From Azolla caroliniana (lineage: Eukaryota > Plantae > Polypodiophyta): a stretch of DNA of 64,000 nt. The DNA lies in NCBI GenBank assembly GCA_043228905.1, contig JBHGNT010000010.1, positions 3,472,001-3,536,000 of the forward strand, read 5' to 3'. How positions within the stretch are numbered: position 1 is the stretch's first letter; each line of letters opens with the position of its first letter. Below the pieces are notes generated by a model. That model had not been told where the DNA came from. It did not search any database and saw only the letters and a program-made list of their open reading frames with translations. This document shows positions 12,589 through 24,461 of this stretch, one piece after another. Made by a program: the position numbers and the translations under genes.

Positions 12589-15139
12589 TCCACCGTACAA
12601 ATCACACGTTATCTCTATGAAACTTTGCTTTGAACCCTCAACGTCGAACTTGTATCTACAAACTCCGCTTCAAATACTTTACTTCAATCTCGAGAGATAA
12701 AAAACCTGTCCACATAAGCTAGCTTGATCGATTGAGTGTTAAATGAATGGCTTTTTCCTTTAATGTCTAGAAGCTTTGATTTCGACTCCTGAATTAGGTA
12801 TTCGAATAAGAGTGCATGTGCGATTGTAACTTGCTTACATGTGTTAATGAAATGCATGAAAGCTGTTTACTTCTTAAATATCACAAGCGATGAAGTTAGA
12901 AGTTACTACATTTCATATCATATAGATTTATTGAGGTACAAATAATTGGGAATAACAAGGAAACAAGAAATTAAGCTACAATGTATAGCTTTTCATGACA
13001 ACTTTGTAGTATAAGAAAATGAAGGATACAAATGAGTCATACCAAATGTTGCCATGCAAATTGTGGTTTACATAACTAGAGCTAACACCAAAACGAGGAA
13101 ATTGTGAAGTCATTCTAAGGTCGGAAAAAGAAAAACATGTAAAAATAGGTGAGAAGATAATGCTAGAATAGAAATACAAGCCATTCAATTTCTATCTCAT
13201 TCCTTCGATATATAATGTTCCACACGATGAAGAAGAGGAATTTCTAACAATAAATTTGACAACAATCCCAAGTTTGAAGTCAACATTTCAGGCATCACGA
13301 ACCAATATTTGTGTTCTAGTCTTAACTATTGTAATATGGTTAATTGAGGAACTTCAAACAAAAGAAATAAAAAGTGATTAACAATTATCATTCACATATA
13401 AAAAAAAGGTCACGTAGATTTGACCTTTGTAATAATTGGGAAAGAGGCCTGACAACCAAAATCATTTCCCAAACTACATGTTTGGAAACTTTGGTGGAAG
13501 ATTGGCCATGAGTCTACATCGTCTTAATAGTATAAAAATATAATTAAACTTCTGGATCATCCTACTAAAAACATAGTTAAGAGGCTTAATAATTGAATTC
13601 AAATTGTTTTAGGGGAAAAGAGAGTGATATGGGCCTATAAACATACATGCCCCTCCCCCAAGAGAAACATTTCGTCTCTTCACTTTGGTACTCATTTCTC
13701 TTTCAAAACTTTTTTTTTTCCAAAAAAAGAGTTACCTTCCCATTAGTTAGGAGAGATTTTGACAGAAAGACTATACAAGGTGCCTTATGGCTTATATATA
13801 AATCGGGGAATCAACCCCCCGGTTGCGTTCAAGAATATGAGAGTACGCACATATCCTCTCATACTTTCTCTTTCAAAACTTTTGATTAGGTTGGGCATAA
13901 GGTGATCTATTCGTGTCACTATTAGAACTAGATAGTAAGAAAAACACCCTCAAAGAATGATAAATACCATACTTTGGGATTAACTATTTATTATGAGATA
14001 AATAAGCCTAAAAAATGGAAAAAAAACATTAAAAAAATGGGAAAAAAAACACAAGAATGTTTGAATAACATTTGCATTCATTTTCCAACGTAGGAAAACG
14101 AATGTTATGCTAGACGAACACAAATTTTACATACTATGCTACAAACCATGTATCTCCTCAAAGTTATTGAGCTCTCTCTTGTAAGCAAGGTTTATAATCA
14201 TACTTCTTGTTATAAAATTTGTTTTATCTCGTTTACTCCTTTCAATAGCGAGGCAAACAATCATGGTCGTAGTTAAAAATAAAATCAAATTGAAGAGGGA
14301 TATAAGAAGAGTGAAATATGAGAAGAACGTTATGGTCATATTTGAGAGCAAGATTGAATGACAACTAGCATAAGAAGAAGCAAATAAGTGAAGAATCACA
14401 ATGTATTAACAAGAAGAAAAAGATATACAAGAATACATTAGATATTGTAGTTGAATCAGAATAGTTCATCAATACTAGAGCACATGCTTGTGTAGTATAG
14501 TTTGGACACATGCATGCTTACAAGTTACCACCTCACTTCCATTGCACAATAGCCACTTGGCATTCTACATACAAGCATGCCATTCGATGAATGCATCATT
14601 AGTCTATGTGAACTAGTGACACTATTAATAAAATATCATATATCATAATGGTTAATGTTGCATGCATTTTCTAAGAATCATGGGTTCAAGTCTCTATTAT
14701 GACTATGTCATTTTGTGTATATGCTCATGAGAGTGGACCATATGACAAAATTGAGCACAACATGTTATTTATGTAATTGGTGTTCGTGTCGGCTAGAGGT
14801 GCTTCCATTGAGTGCACATCTTCATCACACCCTAAGTTGTGACTGTTTGTTGGAGTTGGATTGTTATGTACCCACTTTAGTCGAGCAAGAGTGGTTTTCT
14901 TTCACTCTTCAGTTCTATAGATATCGTATACATATACCTCACAAACATTCAATCACCTCTCTTAACTAAGAAATTCACTAATGCCTCATTAGGGCTTAAG
15001 CATAATAAGAACACAATGAAATAAGGTAATCATGCTTTGATTAGCAAAGATTATCATGACACATACAATGGTGATTAAGGTTTGGCTCTCAATGAACGTT
15101 TAACAATAATATCTAATATCTTGAGAGAGAGAGAGAGAG

Positions 15140-18100
15140 GAAGAGAGAAAAAAAAGCAACAGTGGTGAGGGGAAGAAGAAGAAGCGAAATTGTTTTTGTT
15201 GTTGCGTTCTCTATTGGCAACGGAATTGGGCAAAATGACAAGCGTTCGAAAGCCCTCGATTAGAGCTTTGTAAGGAGATATAGCAAGTTAAATTTGGCGG
15301 TATGTACGAGAAGCAGTGATAGAAATAAGGAATCATGTGTTGTCGGCATCCACATACTCAACACACATTGCGAGTCTTCTATTGTCTTCATCATCTTCGA
15401 CCTCTTCAATCAGAGTAATGTGATGGATGAATGTAATCGTGAAAAGGAAGACTTTGGAAGCTCTAAGAGGTTTAAGGCTATTGAGAAAATTAATGAGAAA
15501 AAATTGACATATGCCAAAGTAATACATGTAGATGAGGTTGACAATTATCATTGTAATTGGGATCATTTATAGGGAATTGCCAATACCTTGTTGTCTAATA
15601 TTGTGGAAGAAAATGAAAATGAAGCGAAAGAATGCATTGATGAGGATGTGCATGATGTGGACGTTGATGTTAAGGCAATGTTGCAATCTTTTGATGTATT
15701 CTATGATAGTGCAGTTATATTATTTTTTACTAGGAAACTCCCATACATTAATTGGATTAAACAATGGTTGAACACAATCGTGTCACCAAATTGTGTTGAA
15801 ATTATATATGCAGGACCACGAGGGTTTTATGATGTAGTATTTCGTTCACCAGAACATCAAAGTGCATTGTTGGCTAAAGTTCATGTGTTTACGATACGAT
15901 CAACGACGACCACCACCGCCTCTACAAGTTCACTTCCTCTCATCTTGGACTCCTCTACCGCCCATTTCACTTCAGGTTCACCAAAGATGTCACGGATATC
16001 CGCGTGTATGTGTTGAAACGGGACAGGACCGCCGAGGTCTCAGACCAAGGAGCCGGTTAGAGAAGAAAGGGGTTCGGGTCTGGTTCCGAACAACTTTGCC
16101 GGATCTTTCTAACACATATCTGATCCAGATCAGTCCCCGGATATCGAATGGTGAGCGCATGGACTCAGTGACGTATACTGTAGCGAACGAGTTTCGGGTA
16201 GCAACCGATGAGGTCACGGACCCACACACCCAGATATGTGCACACAAACAGAAATAGAACGGAGATAAGTACATGGACTCGAGACACTATGACACAAGAC
16301 AAACACAAGGTTAGACTCAACGAATGCTATCGATTAACAGAGAGAACGGAAAGGTTACAACCAAACGCGGCCGGCAAAGGAGCTTACAACTCGACAAGCA
16401 CAGAACAATGGGCCTCTTGCCGGGAGCATTCAGGCTCCCTACGCAAACAGAGGGCTCCACCTTCTTCCCGAAAACAACACAAAACAGAAATGGAGGGAAC
16501 GACAGGGCTCGGATCTCAAATCGGCAACACTTCGTTCTCCCAAAATGCGGATCCCTCTCTCTCCATCTTCTCTCTCTCCTTTTATAGCTCAAGGAGGGAG
16601 AGACCGTTACATCAAGTTGTTAAGGCAGCCGCTTTTGAACCCCCGATTCTCTCCTCGATTTCCTCCCATCAAATATTCTCATTCCTCTCTATACGTGTGG
16701 GACATTAAAGTACCTGTCTCAATCACTCAGCCTAGTACTTATTAGTCCTACGTTATTTACACACTTTATACATTAAGACAAATTTCGTGTGTATCCGCGC
16801 ACACACCCATTCACGCGCATTCGGCTCCATTTCTTCTTCTAGCTAGAATCCTTCACGACAACATTACGAAAAATTAAGATCATTCATCGTATGTATGGAG
16901 TTACTAATTCTCAACAAAAAAGAGGTATTCTTTGACAATCCTCACAAGCTCTCTCTAGGTGTAATGCATTATTGATACATACACCATTAGATGATGAGCT
17001 TTTCGATATCCAAAGACTATTGCAGGTTATTATTTCTCAGTTACAATGCCAAAGTTATCGTTATGCGAAGATGCGTCAACTGAGGGATGGGCTCATAGAT
17101 AATCAATGTCAATCTCTTTTTTTTTTCCAAGCGTTACATCCTACTTATGCTCGATCTAATGTGGTATATGTGAAGGAAGGGGATGAATTGATAGTGGATC
17201 CTACTACAATAATTGACATATGTGTTCATTACTTTAAGGAGTTGATTGGCCCACAGTTGTTAATGACAAATGAGGTGAGTAGAGCACATCCTGAGTTTTA
17301 TGATGTGGTTGGATGTATTGTGCATGACCTCATTAGTCATGAATTGGATGCAGATTTCACTGAGGATGAGGTGGACACGGTTTAAGGAATCTTCCTAGTG
17401 GTAAGAGCCCTAGTTGGGATGACTTGACAAATAAAGTTTTTAAGTGACATTCGAACATTTTAAAGGGGGCCCTTAACTTTCATGTTGCAACATTCTTGGG
17501 ATTCTGGGTGTATGCCTAAAGCTTGGAAGGTTGCTCTAATTAAATTAGTTCCAAAGGTGGCATCTCCCGAGTCATTTCATCAATGGAGACCTTTTTCTTT
17601 GATGGGGGGTTGTATAAGATATTTACAAAGGTCTTGGAAAATAGATTACAAAAGTATTTGCAAGTTGATACATCCTGCCCAATATGGTTTTATTGCAGGT
17701 AGGAATATATTGCATAATGTGTCGAATGTTCAAATGGCCATGGATTATGCTTGAAACACTCATTAAGAATTGATTATGGTGCAATTAGATTTGGAGAAAT
17801 CTTATGATCACATTAATTGGTCCTTTGTTTCTGGGTTAATGCATAGAATGGGCTTTAGACCTCCTATGTCTCGCCTCGTATTTTACTAGGACAAGATGCG
17901 GTATCTCGAGTAATGCTTAATGGGGGAGTTACATCAGATATTGCCCTCACAAGATCCGTTCGTCAAGGATGCCCTCTTAGCCCATTTTTGTTTGTTATTG
18001 TTACTCATCCCTTGTTAGTGATGTTATCAAGGCTTACAACAAATGGTGACAAACCCTAAACCGGTCCTTCCATCTGGAGGGCAACTAGTAGCACAAGCTT

Positions 18101-19840
18101 TGGCTGATGATTCTTTCATGTTTCTACAAGCCTCACGAGAGAATCTTGAGAAGGGGATGCTTGTACATATTTATTGGAGTAAGTCTAGTCTCATATCATG
18201 TACTAAAAGGGATTTGGAATGTTTAGGATGGCAAGGATCCATGGTGAAGAAATACTCTATTTTTTACACTTGGGCTATCCATCAGGAATGAATGTTACAA
18301 ATGGTCAATTGATTGAATGGATGTCTAGTAAGTTGAGGGATAAGTTCATGTATTGAAAGTCACAATCTTGGCCATTCATGTACACTTGAAAGTTGTACAA
18401 TGTGTTATGGAACCCATGATATTATATTACTTGTCATTGTTGCCATGGACAAAGAAGGCTTTGCATTCTCTTTTGCAACCTCTTCGATATTTGTTGTGGT
18501 AGAAGAGGGATAAGATGGGAATCACTTGGGTTGTGTGGAATCATCTAGCAACCCCTAAGCGCTTGGGGGGAGCTGGAATATTGAACTTATCTATGCATCT
18601 GATGGATCGTAGATTTTCATTATTACAAGACATGTGTTCAAACTCACAACCATGGATATCTATTGTTCAATATTTCATTAAGAACAAGGGTTTAACATAT
18701 GGGAGGACAACAATTAAGGCTTCATGGTGGCAATTATTGAATGGATGTATTTCACTTAGGATTCCGGACTCTTCATGTGTGGAAACCATCATCTAGTAGA
18801 AAACATTGTAATTCTTTGCAAAAAGAGTTACTTGTGCCTTCTCGATTATTATTTTGGCCAGGAAAGGAGAGATTGCACTCTCATTTTAATCGTTTGTTTC
18901 GTTTGGGGGTCAAAGAGGTGGGAGTTATAGTTGAGGCTCCATTTCAAAGAATTTTGGAGTTTTGTTGAAGCGCGACAATTACTATGCATCCTGCCTAATT
19001 AGGGGTTTATTTGGTAACAACTACAAAATATTGCATTGATGATAGGTCCCTTACCTCTACAAACAAGAGAACAACCGTGGATTGATTGGTGTTTATGAGG
19101 TCAAACGTCATTATTACAAGTGACAACTAATCTTTTGTATCATTGCTCTGTTGAGTCTCTTGGGTGGTTATCATCTAACACTGAAGAAGAATGGAAAATA
19201 CACAAATCTGATCATGGGTGGTGGCAGATCTTACAACGTAGTTGGCATTCTAAATTGCCACTGTAGCAAAGTTCTTCATTTGGAGAGTTTTGGTTGGAGG
19301 ATTTCCTTTGGGATTAGCTCTAAAGCGTCGTGGACTAGCAAACGCGTAATTGCTTTTTTTGCACTATTCAAATGGAAGATAGTACTCATCGATTTATACA
19401 ATGTTCGATTGCTTGTCAGATTTGGAGTTACATTTCTCAAATTTGGCAAGTTTTATCACTGTGTTATTTGACACCTAGACAGTGGGTGTTTGCACAATTT
19501 ACACAGGTTGACCCAAAATCATAAATGGATATCGTTTTTCTATTTTTGAGATATTGGGGATTGCGTCATAATTGGAACATGCGCAACATTTTTGTATTTG
19601 ATGGTAGACATGGAGTGAAAGCATATCTACGAAAGTTAAAGGGAGTACTAATGTGGCAATTTTCTTTATTGGAGCAAGTGGAAATTCTTTCCTCAGTGGA
19701 GTGTTCGTCTTGCCAATTGACAATTCAACATGTTCCACCACCCATGTAGTGTAGTTAGTGGGTAACCATACTCCATTGTCACACCCATTGTAAGTAGTGT
19801 TTTTTACACACATTTATTAATATAATTATGTGTTTTCACA
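15140..19840 (+). mobile_element. Degenerate L1-type LINE: ORF1 N-terminal part (~15400-15890), nested LTR fragment, then ORF2 RT and C-terminal part (16865-19790), bounded by (GA)n at both ends
   Basis: ORF1-like 'IIYAGPRGFYDVVFRSPE'; ORF2 motifs 'WKVALIKLVPK..WRP.SL', 'IHPAQYGFIAGRNILHN', 'RSVRQGCPLSP', 'ALADDS', 'PKRLGGAGILNL', 'WNMRNIFVFDG'; many stops. Confidence 0.88.
15894..16860 (-). mobile_element. Truncated LTR retrotransposon: 5' LTR (~16860-15988), tRNA-Trp PBS (~15983-15966) and ~70 bp of internal sequence
   Basis: GC/CpG-richer island with minus-strand ends TGTCGTG..CCGTGACA, followed by TCTT then TGGTGAACCTGAAGTGAA, which matches the complement of the plant tRNA-Trp 3' end (TGGTGAACCCGACGTGAA, from memory) with 2 mismatches; TATA-like CTATAAAAG on - near 16580-16588. 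Confidence 0.72.
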
Positions 19841-19898
19841 GAGAGAGAGACAGAGAGAGACAGAGAGACAGAGAGACAGAGAGAGAGAGAGAGCCCAT

Positions 19899-20372
19899 AT
19901 GGATGTAGCTTAGTTGGTAAGGTTGCCTAGTGGAGACCAGGAGGTCATGGGTTCAACCCCCACATTCCATAGTTGTATCTAGTGAAATATGTAATAGAGA
20001 GGTGAGAAATTGGGTTTCGAACCCAAGACATAGTGGTTGTACTGTAACAACTTACTAGAGCCCAAATGGTAAGGTTGCCCAATGGAGATTAGGAGGTTAT
20101 GGGTCTAACCCCTACATTCCACAGTGGCATCTAGTGAATTAAAAGATATGTACAAATTGATCTAGCTTAGTTGGTAAGGTTGCCCAATGGAGATTAGGAG
20201 GTTATGGGTTCTAGTGAATTAAGAGATATGTACTGATGGACGTAGCTTAGTTGGTAAGGTTGCCCAATGGAGGTTATATGTATGAAGTATATTATAGAGA
20301 GGTGAGTAAAACTAGGTTTTGAACCCATGACATAGTGGCATGTAGTGTAACAACTTACCAATAGGTTAAGCT
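19899..20372 (+). mobile_element. Cluster of tRNA-derived SINE-like repeats: one complete two-headed unit (19899-20060) plus three partial tandem heads and a second tail
   Basis: A-box TAGCTTAGTTGG at ~19906, ~20163 and ~20243; B-box GGTTCAACCCC at ~19950; reverse-oriented B boxes at ~20012-20024 and ~20314-20326. Confidence 0.8.
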
Positions 20373-20409
20373 AATTATGAGAAAAAAGAGAAAGAGTTGT
20401 CGCTTTATT

Positions 20410-20513
20410 TGTGTGTTTGTTTGTTTAACTCTTAAGAGGAGAAGAAGTTCATAAAGATAAATGTGTGTTTGTTTGTTTAACTCTTAAGAGGAGAAGAAGT
20501 TCATAAAGATAAA
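20410..20513. repeat. ~52-bp perfect tandem duplication
   Basis: TGTGTGTTTGTTTGTTTAACTCTTAAGAGGAGAAGAAGTTCATAAAGATAAA occurs twice. Confidence 0.92.
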
Positions 20514-20934
20514 CCGTTACTAAAAAGGCACACACTCCACCAAAATAGTGTCCCCTTCCACAATTGTATCTCCCATGAGGATCTACCTCTAAAAGTATCT
20601 CTTTTATGCTCTCCCTTTGTCCCACACTCTCATCGTTGGTTACAACTACACAATATTGCCTGACACTACCTCATTGGATTGTACTTATAGTACAACAAAG
20701 CCACAACATCTTGGATGGTACTAGCGGCCAAGTAGTCATGTCAAACAAGAGCATGCCTCAGGTGATTCTAAGATATTGTTATTGTGTGTGTGTGTGTGTG
20801 TGCACGCTTGGGGGCACATGTTGGGCTTGTGACAAAACAATGTTGGTGCGATGGTGTGAGGAGATGGCGAAAACACATTATGCCAGTGTGGATGTACATG
20901 TACATGTCATGATGAGGGATGTACATCCTAATAT

Positions 20935-21180
20935 CCATGATGAAGACCAAGACCAATACCATGGCCACAAAAATGACGATAACCAAGACCACAAAAATTA
21001 TGACAACCATGGCCAAGATAAGGACCGAGACCACAAAAATTATGACAACCATGGCCAAGATAAGGACCGAGACCACAAAAATTATGACAACCATGGCCAA
21101 GATAAAGACCAAGACCACAACTACGACCATGATCGAGACCAAGTCCAAGACCATGATCATGACCACGACCACGACCATGC
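20935..21180. repeat. 42-bp minisatellite (3 copies) embedded in GACCAY-type low-complexity repeats
   Basis: GACCACAAAAATTATGACAACCATGGCCAAGATAAGGACCGA repeated; accounts for several overlapping ORFs. Confidence 0.9.
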
Positions 21181-21320
21181 CATAGTGAGAGACTCTGGCT
21201 TGAACCATGCCACACAAACAAGGGGTTCTATGGGAGTCTATTGGGGTGTGGGGAGATGGCAAGGGGTGTACGTGAGAGAGAGAGAGGGCAAACAAACAAG
21301 CCAACAAAGGCATACATACA

Positions 21321-21352
<32 letters not shown>

Positions 21353-21567
21353 CTTCTTGGCATGCATGATCCATCATTGAGTTGGGAGGAGGAGGAGGAT
21401 CATAAAACTCTCTCAAGATTCCAGGGCCCTATGCCCACACAGCTTGCCTCCTCCATTACAGGTGGTTTGGAGGAGCCACTCCAAGCCCGGGGCCGGGGCC
21501 GGGGCCGGGGCCGAGCCTCGGCTCCCCCGCCGCCGCCATTGCTGCCCATTTCTCAGCCACGTCCGGC

Positions 21568-23031
21568 ATGGAGAATCCCGTGGGCGTCGACCTCGCCACT
21601 GCCATGGCCATCTCCGGCGGCTTCCTCTTGCTCTCCAACCTCCTCGCCTCCACCTTCCATTCTCTGATCCTTGGCCACCGTCCCAAACGCCGCTTCTCCC
21701 CTCCCCCTCCTCCACCATTAATCCCATCCTCTTCCTCCTCCTCCTCCAATGTTTTGCTCCTAACCAATTCTGCTTCTGCTTCATCACCATTACCATCGCC
21801 ATCGCCATTACCATCACCATCACTGTCCACTGGTCCCTCGGAGATCAAGCATGGCCATGCTGCGGAATGCGGCGATTCCCTCTTTGCTAGATCTCGCCCT
21901 CAACACCCGGCGCCCACACCTGAACCCGATGATATCTCGTATACCTCCTCCGCAACGCCGCCGGGGAATCCATCCCAGAACAATGGCCGTGGTCGCGTAG
22001 ATTCTTATCATGCCAATATGCCGACACCACCGAAGCCGCGACTACAATCCCGACAATCCGATCGCCTCCAATACAACCACATTGAACCCTATCCCCTTGC
22101 TCCCAAACATCTCCGATGCGAGCCAGCTCCATCGTTGCTGTTTCCGGCATCATCTAACCCTAATTATATTGCAGGCACACCAACTAGGGCGCCCGCGAGC
22201 AATCGCATGCGAAGAACCAAGCCGCGCAACAAAATGCTCTCGTCCGACCTCGAACCACCGCCCCATTCTTCGCCGGTGATTCGTAAGAGAGTCCAAACAC
22301 CTGATCCTGAACTACCGGCGCATTCTTCACCGGTAATTCGTAAGAGATTCCAAACACCCGAACACGAACCACCGGCCCATTCTTCGCCGGTAATTCGTAA
22401 GAGATTCCAAACACCCGATCCCGAACCCGCCCATTCTTCGCCATTATTTCGTAAGAGAGTCCAAACACCTGATCCCGAACCAACTCATTCTTCTCGGGTG
22501 TTTTGTAAGAGAGCCCAAACACCCGATCTTGAACCAACCCATTATTCGCGAGTGTTTCGTAAGAAAACCCAAAGACCCGATCTCAAACCCACCGATTCCG
22601 CCCTTACAAGCCGCAAGAGAGTCGAAACACCCAATCTCGAATCCACCCATTCCTCCCTTTCAAGCCGCAAGAGAGTTGAAACACCCGACCCCAAACCGAC
22701 CCATTCCTCCCTTACAAGCCGCAAGAGAGTCGAAACACCCGATCTCGAACCTACCCATCTTTCGCCAATAAGTAACAATGGAGTCCAAAAACCCGAGCTC
22801 GACGGACGAACCCCTTCATTGATGCTTACCACTGGAGCACGAACAATCCATGTCAAAGAAGTCGATTCGTCGTCGATTCTTACTAACAAAACACGAACAA
22901 TCGATCTCCAAGAAGCCCTTTGTTATATAAACGGAGGTGACACTTTCTCTCTCCCTCTCTCTCAATTGTTGTTGATTTATTTATATCTCGTGAACTCCCA
23001 CCTAGGAAGATCATATATAATGGCAACCTAG
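21568..23031 (+). CDS. Orphan Pro/Ser-rich protein with N-terminal hydrophobic segment and ten 18-19-aa repeats; probably spliced near 22938 or pseudogenised at the 3' end
   Basis: 487-codon ATG-initiated ORF in GC-richer DNA; hydrophobic 'LATAMAISGGFLLLSNLLASTFHSLIL'; repeats D(P/L)EPxHSSxxxRKRV(Q/E)TP at ~22246-22794; candidate donor GAG|GTGAC at 22937/8. Confidence 0.55.
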   Translation: MENPVGVDLATAMAISGGFLLLSNLLASTFHSLILGHRPKRRFSPPPPPPLIPSSSSSSSNVLLLTNSASASSPLPSPSPLPSPSLSTGPSEIKHGHAAECGDSLFARSRPQHPAPTPEPDDISYTSSATPPGNPSQNNGRGRVDSYHANMPTPPKPRLQSRQSDRLQYNHIEPYPLAPKHLRCEPAPSLLFPASSNPNYIAGTPTRAPASNRMRRTKPRNKMLSSDLEPPPHSSPVIRKRVQTPDPELPAHSSPVIRKRFQTPEHEPPAHSSPVIRKRFQTPDPEPAHSSPLFRKRVQTPDPEPTHSSRVFCKRAQTPDLEPTHYSRVFRKKTQRPDLKPTDSALTSRKRVETPNLESTHSSLSSRKRVETPDPKPTHSSLTSRKRVETPDLEPTHLSPISNNGVQKPELDGRTPSLMLTTGARTIHVKEVDSSSILTNKTRTIDLQEALCYINGGDTFSLPLSQLLLIYLYLVNSHLGRSYIMAT

Positions 23032-23266
23032 GGATACGCAAGCACACTTATCCACGCTCCTTCTCCTATTATTATTGGTCCACTTGTCATATATCCACAC
23101 CCCTTTGTCACCTACCCGAGGTCTTAAATATCTAGAGTCCCTACTCACTTTCACGTGTATTACATGAAAATGTTAAAGTGTTTATAGCTTCTCGCATTTT
23201 TGCCTTTGTGTGTGTGATAGATAGCCTTAGTGCAAGAAGTTTGGCATTATGATGATGACTTTGTAA

Positions 23267-23677
23267 TTGTGGTGGCTTGCCATAGAAACTCAATCATCCA
23301 AGGACACGCAATCCACTGTGGAACTAGCGAGGAGAAATGACGGCATCAAGAAAGTGCGATTTTGCATGAACCCCGAAATTGCACAAGTATTGGGCAGGCA
23401 TAATGCATATCTATGTCAACATGAGATTGATCGCCGACAAAGAGGAGAAGATATTATAAGAAATAATTGTCCATATCATGAACACACTCGCTCTACTTAT
23501 GGACACATTTATGGTCAATCTGGCCCTAATTATGGTCAATCTAGTGCTAATTATAGTCAATCTAGTCCTAATTATGGTCGATCTAGTCCTAATTATAATA
23601 AATCTATTCTTAATTATGGTCAACCTAGCCCTAATTATTTGCGAGGCAGCTCTACTTCTCACGGACCTAGGCTGTAA
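23267..23677 (+). other. Possible downstream exon or ORF with six 21-bp repeats encoding Y-x-x-S-S-P-N heptads (23510-23638)
   Basis: Translation YGQSGPN YGQSSAN YSQSSPN YGRSSPN YNKSILN YGQPSPN Y; no ATG at the ORF start and no in-frame splice to the upstream ORF found. Confidence 0.4.
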
Positions 23678-24461
23678 AATTTTGATCTTTTGTATTTTTA
23701 CAACGTGATCATTTTTTTTTGCAACAATTTTTTGTTGGACTTGAGGAGCACATAATGTTGTACTAAAAATTTCAATCTTAAGGAAGAGGTTTATTTATGA
23801 TTTGGCTGTCTATAAAGTGAATGTATACATGTGATCCTTATATTAAATGCAATTAATTGGCTTATTCATCATTTGTTTATGGAGGCATATTAGAAACGTT
23901 TATACCCTTTCAACCCAACCATTTTAGATGCAAAATTTAGACTCTAACAAATCCTTTATGGTTCATATTTTTGTCAAACAATCGCTAATATAGAATGAGA
24001 TCCGTAGGAATTCTATCATCCCCCTGTTATATAATATAAACCAATTTCTACTAGGCTAACAATTAATAACACCTCAAAAAAAAAAATTAATCACATGTAC
24101 AATTGAGTGCTTATGTGGATGAATCCCTTATATGGTTCATTGTCCCTTTCGACAATGCTTTCTATTTAAATTTGGAACGAGCCATTAGTTGTTTTTCAGA
24201 GTATACCCAAAAATGTCATTTCCTTCATTAGCCTTTACATTAGAGTGAAGATTAAGAAGGTGAAACAATATGTAAGCTTTTAATGTGTCTTTGTCATTGT
24301 CAAAAGAGGAGATAAAAATTTTGGATAACAAATGGCAAATATAGCAATTGAGATATATCAAAGTTGGTCAAATTTGGAAGAAAACATAATCATGGATCTA
24401 CTTGGACTCTATCTAACAATTGCATTGGTTTGGCTCTAGCTTGCACCATGTTGTTCAACTT

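Noticed and set aside
12716-12800. Faint tRNA-like A/B-box pattern (TAGCTTGATCG..TTCGACTCC)
   Set aside because: No cloverleaf pairing and poor box matches; indistinguishable from chance.
19899-19969. Functional tRNA gene
   Set aside because: A and B boxes are present but the anticodon arm does not fold cleanly and copies are dispersed and diverged; treated as SINE-like.
20606-21667. 353-aa His/Asp-rich ORF
   Set aside because: Kept open by minisatellite and microsatellite tracts (42-bp unit, (TG)n, (CTT)n); no recognisable domain; its end overlaps the more plausible 21568 ORF in another frame.
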